From the NCBI RefSeq assembly GCF_003918875.1, contig NW_025766658.1:1054001-1118000 (forward strand): a DNA stretch of 64,000 nt, read 5' to 3'. Below, one piece after another: positions 24,237-36,926 of this stretch. Made by a program: the position numbers and the translations under genes. Positions within the stretch are counted from its first letter, which is position 1. The number at the start of each line of letters is the position of its first letter. Source of the DNA: Haliotis rubra. Lineage: Eukaryota. Below the pieces are notes generated by a model that saw only the letters and a program-made list of their open reading frames with translations, had not been told where the DNA came from and did no database searches.

Positions 24237-25794
24237 CGAAAAATGAGAGAGTTGTGTTTAACGCGGATCATTCAGTACTATAGTGTAGTAATACCGCATC
24301 ATGGCATTGACATAAGCCCAATTGTCATACAGATTAGCGCTACCTTGGTGAATATAGGGCGAATGTGTATATGGTACTGGCTGACAAGGGTTAAACCCAC
24401 GGCTAGCGGATCCTGGCGCAGGCAAGGGGAACAAATTTATAACAATGACCAACTCGCACCATGTATGTACCCGTGACCAGCGGTGCAACGGATTAATAAT
24501 ATACATTAAATCTGGGTTAAGAAGTCCTTTAACAGCAGCCGTGAATCCTGCTGTTTAATTAGCGTAGTGTTCAGTAGACAGATCTGGAATAAACCATTAA
24601 ACTAATAACTGTAGATATAGAAATCAAACGAAACTTCTTTAGGAAGAACGGAAGTCTGAAGTAAGTCTAGCTATTTAAGACACAGCCACTACCAATGAAA
24701 TTACGGTCCCCAACAAAGACAGCGTATCAATGAATGCGGGCTGAGGGGGAGGGGTCACGGGGAAGGGGTCGGAACGCTCGCTTGCCACATGTCGTGTATA
24801 AGCACGGGGCTTTATACCTTGACACAATCCGCGACGACCGTGTTTAAAAGGACATTGCGTCTCAAGTGTAGAAGAAAATAAATCAAAGAATGTTTTTAAC
24901 TAACTATTTTTATCGAATTCGTCACCACATTTCTCACATTCTGTCCATGGGTTGAGCCCACATTTAAGCATTTATCTTTGTGTATTCAATTCAGAAAATT
25001 TATTTTTATCATGATTGTATGGGTGTGTATGGTTTAAAACAAGACTGTAACGCTTTTACAAACACCTGCGTCAAAAGAATTCCAATTTGCATTTAATAGT
25101 CATTAATCTGAAATTGTGAAGTGCATGTGAAATGTATTTGTCACCAACGTCTATCGAACATCACAAACTGCGATTACGTTTAAACAGCACAGCTTGTGGC
25201 ACCCATCAAACCGTTTCATTCAAATTAGTTAAAAAGTGCTGAGATAATTTTTACATTCAGAATTCATCCTTGCATTGGGACGAGATTTATTTGTGACTCT
25301 AGATTAAAGCTATTCCCCCAACCACGACTCTAGTGTTTACTACATTGTACACATTCTCATGTGGATTATTATAAATAACTATAGTTATGAATGAACGTTG
25401 GAACTGAAAGAGGAACTTTATGAATGAACCCCTCTTGATGCTGTGTACCCGAGGGGTCGGGCCTTGATGCCCTCGAGTGACTACATCGGACAATGTCGGG
25501 GCAGTCGTGGGAAGATGTCACACCGTTACACGCTGCTCCATATATCAAACAGTTTTAAGGTGAACCCGATGCCATTCATTTTGATTTATTGGCTTATTCT
25601 ATTACTTATTCAGCGACTTGGGATCAGTAACGTACTGTTTTATCTCTGTTGATACGAATACATGGGTACTAAGTTTCCCCAGGGAGTTGAAAATTGGTTG
25701 TTCGATCCGTGACCTCGTCATAAGGGGAGGTAAATGCTGTACTTGTTGTTGCCCTGACTGGTGTGCGTCATTCTATCGGGGTTCGGCTCTGACT

Positions 25795-25900
25795 CAGTGA
25801 GTAAGTTTAGTTTTACGCCGCTTTTAGCAACTTTCAAGCAATATCACGGCGGGGGATACCAGAAATGGACTTAACACATTGTACCCATGTGGGGAATCGA
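25795..25900 (-). mobile_element. Family A SINE, 5'-truncated
   Basis: Tail and body present up to the B box; GACTCAGT occurs on both sides. Confidence 0.85.
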
Positions 25901-26464
25901 ATTGGACTCAGTAAACCGTGTCTGTTAGTGTTATCGAACGTCAACTGTACTCTCCCTGTGGGCTGGAACTATCAAACAGGCGAAAGGACAGGTTAACCCG
26001 CGACAGACTATAGATGTCGGTATGTAACCTGAGCACAAACTTTCTTTTTCCAGCATTTTCATGGAACTATTACTTTAAAAAATATATCGCGTCCCTATAA
26101 AATGCCACATGAACGTGTCAATATCCGGTTTCAACACGATTTGCTGTACATAAGCTACACCGTTGATGTACCCAGATGATTGTCTGATGCCTATTCCATT
26201 GAATGCGACCTTCATGCATGAGAGCCATCACCGAGACAACAGGACAAGAGCATCTGTACAAGGAACACCAGGTGTCGTGTCTAGGTAGTTTACAACAATC
26301 AGTCACTCAGTGTTGTTTTGACTGAGTTTATACTCTGTGACGGAGATCTGAATATAAATGCCAATGAATCATCGAATGAGTCTGAATTTTGTATTTTTGG
26401 TAATAATGTATGGACTTGATATAAACTGATATAACTTGACATCACATGTAATCATGAATAGTTT

Positions 26465-28862
26465 TGTCACTTTCATCGGATACAGGGTCACGAGTACTCA
26501 CGTGAAGTCCGTGCTGTCAAATACAGGGTCACGTGTTTCGATGTTTAGTCGTGTCACTGTCATCAGATACAAGGTCACGTGTTTCCATGTTTAGTCTTGT
26601 CACTGTCATCAGATACAGGGTCACGCGTTTGGATGTTTAGTCTTGTCACTGTCATCAGATACAAGGTCACATGTTTCCTTGTTTAGTCTTGTCACTCTCA
26701 TCAGATACAAGGTCACGTATTTTCATGTTTAGTCTTGTCACTGTCATCAGATACAGGGTCACGTGTTTTCATGTTTAGTCGTGTCACTCTCATCAGATAC
26801 AAGGTCACGTGTTTTCATGTTTAGTCTTGTCACTCTCATCAGATACAAGGTCACGTGTTTCCATGTTTATTCTTGTCACTGTCTTCAGATACAAGGTCAC
26901 GTGTTTCCATGTTTAGTCTTGTCACTCTCATCAGATACAGGGTCACGTGTTTCCATGTTTAGTCTTGTCACTGTCATCAGATACAAGGTCACTTGTTTCC
27001 ATGTTTAGTCTTATCACTCTCATCAGATACAAGGTCACGTGTTTCGATGTTGAGTCTTGTCATTGTCATCAGATACAGGGTCACGTGTTTCCATGTTTAG
27101 TCTTGTCACTGTCATCAGATACAAGGTTACGTATTTTCATGTTTAGTCTTGTCACCGTCATCAGATACAAGGTCACGTGTTTGGATGTTTAGTCTTGTCA
27201 CTGTCATCAGATACAAGGTCACATGTTTCCTTGTTTAGTCTTGTCACTGTCATCAGATACAAGGTCACGTGTTTTGATGTTTAGTCGTGTCACTGTCATC
27301 AGATACAAGGTCACATGTTTTCATGTTTAGTCTTGTCACTGTCATCAGATACAGGGTCACATGTTTTCATGTTTAGTCTTGTCACTGTCATCAGATACAA
27401 GGTCACGTGTTTCCATGTTTAGTCTTGTCACTGTCATCAGATACAGGGTCACGTGTTTGGATGTTTAGTCGTGTCACTGTCATCAGATACAGGGTCACGT
27501 GTTTGGATCTTTAGTCTTGTCACTGTCATCAGATACAAGGTCACGTGTTTCCATGATTAGTCTTGTCACTTTCATCAGATACAAGGTCACGTGGTTCCTT
27601 GTTAGTCTTGTCACTGTCATCAGATACAAGGTCACGTATTTTCATGTTTAGTCTTGTCACTGTCATCAGATACAAGGTCACGTGTTTGGATGTTTAGTCT
27701 TGTCACTGTCATCAGATACAAGGTCACGTGTTTCCATGTTTAGTCTTGTCACTGTCATCAGATACAGGGTCACGTGTTTGGATGTTTAGTCGTGTCACTG
27801 TCATCAGATACAGGGTCACGTGTTTGGATCTTTAGTCTTGTCACTGTCATCAGATACAAGGTCACGTGTTTCCATGATTAGTCTTGTCACTTTCATCAGA
27901 TACAAGGTCACGTGGTTCCTTGTTAGTCTTGTCACTGTCATCAGATACAAGGTCACGTATTTTCATGTTTAGTCTTGTCACTGTCATCAGATACAAGGTC
28001 ACGTGTTTGGATGTTTAGTCTTGTCACTGTCATCAGATACAAGGTCACGTGTTTGGATGTTTAGTCTTGTCACTGTCATCAGATACAAGGTCACGTGTTT
28101 CCATCTTTAGTCTTGTCACTGCCATCAGATACAAGGTCACGTGGTTCCTTGTTTAGTCTTGTCACTGTCATCAGATACAAGGTCACGTGTTTCCATGATT
28201 AGTCTTGTCACTGTCAACAGATACAAGGTCACGTGGTTCCTTGTTTAGTCTTGTCACTGTCATCAGACACAAGGTCACATGTTTCCATGTTTAGTCTTGT
28301 CACTGCCATCAGACACAGGGTCACGTGGTTCCTTGTTTAGTCTTGTCACTGTCATCAGAAACAGGGTCACGTGGTTTCTTGTTTAGTCTTGTCATTGTCA
28401 TCAGATACAGGGTCACGTGGTTCCTTGTTGAGTCTTGTCATTGTCATCAGATACAGGGTCACGTGGTTCCTTGTTGAGTCTTGTCATTGTCATCAGATAC
28501 AGGGTCACGTGGTTCCTTGTTTAGTCTTGTCATTGTCATCAGATACAGGGTCACGTGGTTCCTTGTTTAGTCTTGTCATTGTCATCAGATACAGGGTCAC
28601 GTGGTTCCTTGTTGAGTCTTGTCATTGTCATCAGATACAGGGTCACGTGGTTCCTTGTTTAGTCTTGTCATTGTCATCAGATACAGGGTCACGTGGTTCC
28701 TTGTTTAGTCTTGTCATTGTCATCAGATACAGGGTCACGTGGTTCCTTGTTTAGTCTTGTCATTGTCATCAGATACAGGGTCACATGGTTCCTTGTTTAG
28801 TCTTGTTTAATGTCATCAGATACAGGGTCACGTGGTTCCTTGTTTAGTCTTGTCATTGTCAT
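26465..28862. repeat. 46-bp tandem satellite, about 52 units
   Basis: Unit GTCACTGTCATCAGATACAAGGTCACGTGTTTCCATGTTTAGTCTT. Confidence 0.98.
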
Positions 28863-30029
28863 AATACAGCCTCCATAAGGTTTAAAACTCATTCCATTGC
28901 TGGAGTTGTGGTTTTGGGGTTGTGCTTGAAGACAAACGTGATTTCTAAACCTCATCCCCTCGAAAGACGTTATTGTCTAAACTCTTTGAGCAATGCTTTG
29001 CTCTCTCCTCAAGCGAAGCGTTTTTTCCCACCAGTGCCTCATACGCTAAAATAACGACCCTTCCTTAGGGGCCATTCAGGGCTTAAGACAATATCCCCTA
29101 CATATGTGAATAATGTACAAGTTTTCTGGGCACAGAATCACACGACGTGAAGGTAAGAAAACCATCCCCTCGCCAAGAGACCCGTTCCGGGCCATGTTTT
29201 CTTAGATTTCAAAACAGAAGTTAAACAAAGCGAAGACAATACAAAAATAAAACATTTATTCCCTCACTCGCTTCGCTTGGCATAAAAGATGTCAACACTG
29301 AAGATAAACGATCCGGTTAGGACAGACACAACAACAATACCCGCGGTAGCATCCTCGACGTCGTGGTAGTCATGGAGACGTCTTTGATTGAAGACACCAT
29401 GCCCTCAGAGGAATAGACTTCAGGTGCGCTGTATTCTGAGGTACCTAAGTATGCATGAGCTCCCTGCCGCGAGTAGCATACCTATGACTAAGGTTGATTA
29501 GGTCGTTTTTGCTTTTGTTCAACTCATTAACGATATTTATATGCTAAGATCAGCGAGGTCCTTCGAGAGGCACATTAATGATTAATACACCTGACTTGCA
29601 GGTAGGGTGAAATAAGCTGAGCTATGGAATTAACTTAACTGGTGCTATAACAAGTGTAGGTCTCTTGAACATGACCCCAAGAGGGGCAGCTTGTGGTTCT
29701 CTGGTTTTTTTAGAACCGTTATCTTATCTGAATTTAATTGACCTTGACGAGTAAATATTTATCCGATTATTGACCTCGTGAACCGTGATCTGCCGTTGAA
29801 GCGTGATGAGATGTTAACGTAGGGCATGATCAGCGGGTGGGCTAAGTGATATCATGCCTTTCTTTAAGTCTAAAGGATGCGTGAGTAAGTATGACTTAAC
29901 GCCCGTTTTGGAAATTTTTCTGAAACATCATGGCAGTGGGAACCAACGTGACACTATGTGGAATCGAGCTTGGTCTGAGGAGCAAATGCATCAGCACCTT
30001 AAGTTATAAGAGTGAGTTTATGAGAATGG

Positions 30030-30172
30030 GATGTTACTCCAGTTTCAGCAATATTGACGCAATATCACGGCGGGGCACACCAGAAATGGGCTTTATGCAT
30101 TGGACCCATGTAGGGGAACGAACCTGGGTCTTCGGTGTGCCGAGCGAACAACTAGGCTACCCCACCACCCCT
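30030..30172 (-). mobile_element. Family A SINE, diverged
   Basis: GCAATATCACGGCGGGGCACACCAGAAATGGGCTT...CTAGGCTACCCCACC. Confidence 0.85.
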
Positions 30173-30776
30173 CGAAGACACTCAACCCCTGAACATTTTT
30201 CTTTAAACATATTACACAGTAAGAACCGGAAAAAGCACGGGCTAAACCGCTTTCACTACTTCCCCTGGCCTCTCCGAAGAAAACAAACTTAAGCAATGAA
30301 TTCTTTCACGAAAATTATGTTCGGCTTCATACACATTCATTGACAACAGTAGTGAAAATCCGACATCCAATGTATATTCCTGCAAGAGAAAGTTATATAA
30401 GTCATTTTTGCACACACTGATGGCTGAAGGTTGTCTTCTGACGATATCTGCAAACTGAATGTTTTAACGACGGTTCGAAACTAGTCGCAACTAACCACCA
30501 GGATGTACGAGGAACGCGAGGCGCTGATAACGTCGCAATTTGGTACAAGTTGCTGTTGTGACCACATCTACATAATATTTATGGTTTGTAAGTCAAAATC
30601 AAAATGCTTATCAAAATATGTACGTTCTTTTGTGGAAATTAATACAACATACTACGTGTGAAGTTACTTTTGTACGTCAGTGTATATGTAGCCGTTGATA
30701 CATGAAGGCCTTTGTTCTGAGAAACAGCTAAAACCTAGGTACATGTAGTTGGGACACGATGGAAGTCGAGGCTGCT

Positions 30777-30985
30777 CACCAGATTCCGTTTGTCGCCTTT
30801 ACGATAAGCATATGTTTTTTGAAGACCATTTCCAACCAGGTTCTTCACTTGGACAAGCAGGGCACATTGAAGGCCAATTCTAACCAGGATCATCACTGGG
30901 ACAGGCAAGGGTCGTTGAAGATCATTTCTAACCCAGATCTTCATTGGGGACAAGCAGAGGTCGTTGAAGACCCGGATCTTGTCAT
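30777..30985 (-). repeat. About four diverged tandem copies (~49 bp) of the family B 5' module
   Basis: ACAAGCA...TTGAAG(A/G)(T/C)CA.TTCTAACC..G.TCTTCA repeats four times and matches 2021-2067. Confidence 0.75.
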
Positions 30986-31574
30986 GAAAACACCTGCCAT
31001 CATGAAGGCAGATATCGATTAGACCTGTATGCTTGAACTCTGTTGCCATGTTCACACTGTCGCAATAATGTGCTGTTCAAAGCTGCCTCGATTCTGAGGT
31101 TCGAATCCCAGCTTCGCCCTCTGTCTAGGTTAGTCAGTACCGGGCATGTGCTCATTGGTTTCACCAAAGTGGTGAATCTCTACCACCTGTCGTCATGTCG
31201 GGCTTTCCTCCCACACAGAGCGGCATTCCTTGAGTTATTGTTCAATACATTGTTCAACTCACTCACTCACTTCCCCCGGCGTGATATTGCTGGAATATTG
31301 CTACAAGCGGCGTAAAACCATATTCACTTACATGGCGTCTCAGATACAGGCGATGGGTCGGGAGGGTAGACAAGACCCGGGTTCGAATCCCGGAATGCAA
31401 GGTGTGAAGCCAATTTCTGGAATCCTCCCCATCATGTTCATGGAACATTGCTAAAATCACCGTAAAACCATACTCAATTACTCTTCCGACTGGAAGACAA
31501 TTCTGTGGTGAAAACTTCACATAACTTACTAAATACGTAATACAACTAAACTTCCTAACCTCTAACCGGAAAAT

Positions 31575-31740
31575 GGGGCGGTGGGGTAGTCTAGTGGTTA
31601 AAGCGTTGGCTCGTCACGCCGAAGACCCGGGTTCGAATCCCCACATTGGTACAATGAGTGATGCCCATTTCTGGTGTCCCCCGCCGTGATATTGATGGAA
31701 TATGGCTAAAAGCGGCGTAAAACCACACTCAGTCAGTCAG
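31575..31740 (+). mobile_element. Family A SINE, full length; two older partial copies lie at 31270-31480
   Basis: A and B boxes, (AGTC)n tail, TSD TCTAAC(C/T)GGAAA. Confidence 0.93.
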
Positions 31741-32686
31741 TCTAACTGGAAATAGATATGTAGTATTACATGTCATTTACGTTAAACAGACTACCAGGAA
31801 AACCAATTTATATTCTAAAATGCAAACTTAAGGTCCAAAATACAACTTAAATACACAAATACATCGTCATCAAATAACCATTACTTGTTTGCTGCATATC
31901 TAGCCACCATCAAACATGGGTGTGTACTTTCTTTTGTCCGTCAGTATATGTACACTTGATCGATGTTTCTGTACCTACAGTAGTACACACTGCATTGAAT
32001 AGGCACCTGTCGGTGTTGTTACTTCGCTTTAATGCTGATAAAACGGGTGAGTTTAATATGCGTGGCACATTGACGAGCTAATTTACATACACTTTAATTA
32101 TTCAAAGTATTGATTAGAGAATACATTGTGAGCGTGGGACAACATATTCGATGCTATTGCTCGCGAGTCTCAATCCATAATCTAGCGAGATCGTCAATAA
32201 TGCTGAATACAGCCCAGAGTGATTTGCTGTACACTGATTCACATATCTCAGTACCACCCGAAACTTACAATCATGGCTCAAGTGAACGTCTTAAAATCCA
32301 ATGCCTATTACTTACTGGCGGTAAATAGTTGCACAAATTTGGCGGTCAATACATGCACAACCATCATCGTTGTTACTAGGGTATCAATCGCCATCTCGAA
32401 TATCCTAATCCAGGGAATAATCCTTTATTACAAAATAAGAAATATATAGTGTTTATGAAATATGAGAGTTGTTGTGTCGGTAGGTGTTGCGGACCGTATT
32501 CCCGTTATGTGGCGGCGTATCACCCTGATGGGTGAGTAAAGAATGACAGGCAGGGGACAATCGAATCAGGAATGGGTATGGTTTTAATAAACCAAAGATC
32601 GTAACCGGGGCAATTCTGAGATTCAAACCAGATCCAGTGACACCATGACTTAGTCCTCTTGACCAACCTACCCATCGTATCAAAGC

Positions 32687-32835
32687 AGAGGGGTGGGGTA
32701 GCCTAGTGGTTAAAGCGTTCACTTGTCACGCAGAAGGCCCTGGTTCGAATCCCACATGGGCACAATGTGTGAAGCCAATTTCTGGTACCCCCTGCCGTGA
32801 TATTGCTGGAATATTGCTAAAAGCGGCGTAAAACG
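32687..32835 (+). mobile_element. Family A SINE
   Basis: GGTGGGGTAGCCTAGTGGTTAAAGCGTTC...GCTAAAAGCGGCGTAAAAC. Confidence 0.9.
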
Positions 32836-33959
32836 AATTACGATTTCCGAAAGTAATCTGGATTTTTATAGCCAGACAGTGCATGCTCCTTGCTGCACAA
32901 TTTCAACTGGAATGTGATTTCTGTTTTATCCGTGTAAGAAATCTCATCAAAATCAACATTTTCAGGTAAAGCCGATGTTTTTACTTGTGCAATTGTGTAT
33001 AATCATGTTACGAACACTTTTGTTACATATTTTGACGATTGTTTGAACACAATAGGTAATTAATAGATTTTTTTAAAATACAAAATGCCTATGCGTTTCT
33101 TTTTTGGGATAGTATATATACCGAAATTATAATATCTCTAAATTTGATTTAAATTAGAAAATTTAGAGCTATTATAATTTCGTTATATACCTCAGATTTT
33201 CCAACACAGTATGTTTATCTCCTAATTATTGTATTGTGACACATATTTCGCTAATATGCATAACGACAATTTATAAGCCGGGGTTTTCTTTGAAAAAAAG
33301 ATGGCATAACGAGAAGTAGATATACACATGACTCAACCATGTGGTCGTTGCCCATACTGACTCTTTCACTCGCAATGCAACCACCGGATTCATGTTTGCT
33401 CGACTTTGAACGTTATAGTGGTGTTTGCATCTCACTGGACTCTGTCTGAAAAGCCTATTGTTGAGGCTCGTCGACGTGATGTTGCAACAAAGCCGAGAAG
33501 TGATACAGTTTTCTTTTTTGTAATTGCACTTATTTGATCATGTCGAGAGTACTGCAGTTACAGGCTGTATGACGATCCCATCTCATGTTATATGTATGTC
33601 GTTAACAAAAGATCAGAGTTGTTATTGTGAGCTGTTCTCACACCTCGTTAGCACGACTACTTCTTGTGAGACTCATCTAAGTCGATATCTTCTCCGACAG
33701 ATCACATGAAATGTTGATAGTGTTTCGTGCCAAGCTGTTAAATCAGATCATCAATTAGGGTTCGATTTCAAATAAATATGTATTTTAATTATTGAGAATA
33801 TCACGAGTCGGCCCTCAATGGGAACGACGTATGGATTTACGACAATAAATTCGTGCGTAGGGAGGTGATCTTCTGTTCAGGATTTAGGTTGAAGAAGTCG
33901 GAGGCTGGCTATAACCAGGAGCTATTGTTCACGTCATGATAAATAGTTAACACCTTTGT

Positions 33960-34590
33960 GTATACTTAACAACGTCATATATACTTAACGACCACTTCCT
34001 GTATACCTGAATATACTGAATGACAACTATATGTATAGTTAGGGAGAAATACGTAACGACAACTTCCTGTATGCTAACGACAATTTACATAGCGGCAAAT
34101 GCTTAACGACAACTTCTTATATACATAACAACTTCCTGCATGCTAAACGACAATCTGCTCAGCCTCAAATACTTAACACTAGCTTCTTACATACTTAACG
34201 AAAAATACTTCACGGCAACTTCCTGTATACTAAACGGCAATCTACTTAGCGACAAATACTTAACGACAAGCTCTTATATACTTAACGACAAACACTTAAC
34301 GACAAGTTCTTATATACTTAACGACAAATACTTAATGACAAGTTCTTATATACTTAACAACAAGTTCTTATATACTTAACGACAAATACTTAATGACAAG
34401 TTCTTATATACTTAACGACAAGTTCTTATGTACTTAACAACAAATACTTAATAATAACTTAATAATTGTACCCAAAAGGCCACAATTGAGGAGATATATT
34501 TTACTTCCAAAACCTAACGACAACTATTCCTAACAACAGCTTCTGAGGAGCGCGACTTACTTGACGACAATAACTTAGCAACAGCTGTTT
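33960..34590. repeat. Degenerate minisatellite built on ATACTTAACGACAA (14- and 22-bp subunits)
   Basis: Homogeneous core at 34250-34450 with diverged flanks. Confidence 0.9.
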
Positions 34591-35129
34591 AACTCGAACC
34601 CCTCAACGACGATTATATAATGACCAAATATAGCATATTTTAAGAAAGCATTGGACGTCTGAAGCAGATATTATTTGCACATAATCGACAGTCTTCCGGC
34701 AGTAAGCTACATTCAGTTTTACTCGTTGATTAACTAACATTATACCCGAAGTTCGGTTGACTGGTAGCACTTGACAAAAAGTAATATCTTTGTGGGTTGA
34801 ACGAATAAACATATATATTACATTTCCTCTGTTATAATATTTTTTAAATAAAATAAGTATGCTCGGCTGACCAATGCAGGCAGGGTTGGTCGGTGATTTC
34901 AACTTCTGTAAATGGCATTCTTCGAATTCGACGTTTCGATACAGATATCAGCCTGAAGAAGTTAAACATCCATCTGTAAAGCGTCCTGCTACCCCAGCGT
35001 CTAAGAATCACTTTACCACACTCGACTACCCTACATTAAAGTCAGTGCCTCCTTTACCACAAACCCGCCACATGAATGTACCTATTGGTCCATACTGTCC
35101 CGGACTGTTGTCCTGTATAGATCACAATT

Positions 35130-35430
35130 AGAGTTTCTTATTAACTTCAGCTGCCTGGTCCGGGATGTACAATGGAGATGTCGTCAGTTGCATTTATCAA
35201 TTTTGCTGAGTCAAATGCAAAAGAGATGTTAGGGCAAGACATTTTAAACTGCCCTCACCCTATACACCACCTCTTTGTGTTGCAGAAAGAGTTTAAGTTG
35301 AAGCTGCGGAATCTCAGCACTTGTACCCAGCAGGTGTCCTTCAGAACCCGACACTTATTCTCTGGCGCTGACGTCTTACATGATTATTATCATGGACATG
35401 GTTTTGTTGCTTTTATTTAATAAATAAATG
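35130..35430 (+). mobile_element. Decayed 3' end of a CR1-group (L2/Rex1/Crack-like) LINE
   Basis: Peptide DILNCPHPIHHLF...KLRN...RTRH resembles the HPLHxL...LR...RTxR C-terminus of these ORF2s and is followed by AATAAATAAA. Confidence 0.45.
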
Positions 35431-35534
35431 ACAACAGAATTGGTTCTAGAAAGAAAAGGAAACAAATGTGTCCTCATGTTTTGTTACCAAACCTAATTGT
35501 TTGCTTTTTGTTCTTAAAGAACAGTGGTTATGAG

Positions 35535-35768
35535 CAGTGTTTGCCCTTAACCCTGAAAAGCTGCAGGCCCTAAGGACCCAGAACCATAAAAAGTTGTGGG
35601 TCCTGATGAGAATGTGTAGGCCCTATATTTTAGTATGAAAATAGCACTCGTAATTATTGGGGATGAAAACGCTGTCGGCCATAAGGACCTGCAGAAAACA
35701 AAAACTGTGGGTCCGAGTGGTTTTCAGTCGGCTTCGGGCCAAGGGACCGACGCTCATTTCGAACGCTG
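35535..35768. mobile_element. hAT-like MITE
   Basis: CAGTGTTTG / CGAACGCTG ends, 8-bp imperfect TSD GTTATGAG / GTTGTGAA, subterminal GGACC/GGCC repeats. Confidence 0.65.
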
Positions 35769-36926
35769 GTTGTGAAGGAAAAAAACATGTGTCATTGTCT
35801 CATCAATCCACTTTCACTGGTAACACGTAGTGAAGGGAAACGGATACTATCTAAAAAAATCCAGACTCAGGTGAAATATTAAAAGCTCTGTTCCTTAAAA
35901 GCACTGGGCCCCACCATCTACAAAAGAAACGAAACAAGTTCATTGTTTCCTTACTTTTGTAGACGTTGGGGGGGCCAGTGGTTAAATCGTTCCCTTGTCA
36001 CGCCGCACACCATGTTCGATTTCCCACATGGGTAAATTGTGTGAATTCCCCCCATAATATTGCTTAATTGCTGATATTGGGAAAAAACTACACACACACT
36101 TGTTTTTTGTTTGGTGTAAAGTATTAATGATTTTACACTTAAATAAATATTTAATCCTGCGCTACCTTATAATACCCTGTCCTTGTGTTCAGTGGTCTAT
36201 CCCTGAATAGGTTATGTGCAATGGCAAAGTAAACACACCCCACACATTTTTAATGTTAAGTAGATTGCGGTATTATCAAACCGAATCGCATTTGTCAGTT
36301 AATTTGACGGATCTTAAACTTTGCTAATTATCATTAATATGTAGTCATGTAAGCACGTGCGTGCACGTGGTGCGTGTGTTTAGATCAGCGTTGGTGTGAC
36401 ATCCTGTCCCCACACGACCACACCCGACCAATTTTATCACATTTTTTCTGATTATTATCACAGGTATGGATCGATCGCAGACCATTTTCTTTTCATAGTT
36501 CTGACACGGCATTGATCTTAAATGAAATTGATGGACACATTCATTACATTGTTACGAATGGCGTCATCGTTTAATAAAATAGCACAAAAGATGACTCATT
36601 TAAAGATTTAATAGCAAAAAATAAAGAATGAGAAATTGGTACATTCATGATGGCGATAGGTCCAGACAGCATCAAGCTTCGGAAACGTCACCGATATGCA
36701 TCGTGGCATACAGCGGTTCACCATCAGTCAACATTGTCAGTAATCTCGACGGAACCTACATCTAACACTGTTTAGCACTTGTGAATGAAGCTAACTCCCA
36801 AAACCGTCAAAGAACACTCGATTGTTACATATTTCTACAACATATCCACGACTTGATTAACCCTGAAATATGAAAGAATTGGATGTTCCTTAACCTCTTT
36901 TGAGTGGTATATGTTTGCATATGTCT

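Noticed and set aside
26763-28754. Repetitive ORFs and a CRISPR-like appearance of the 46-bp array (also the 49.5 kb array)
   Set aside because: Head-to-tail satellites with no unique spacers, no cas genes, and a eukaryotic context.
35600-35640. CTGATGAG hammerhead core word
   Set aside because: No stem II followed by GAAA; it lies inside a hAT-like MITE.
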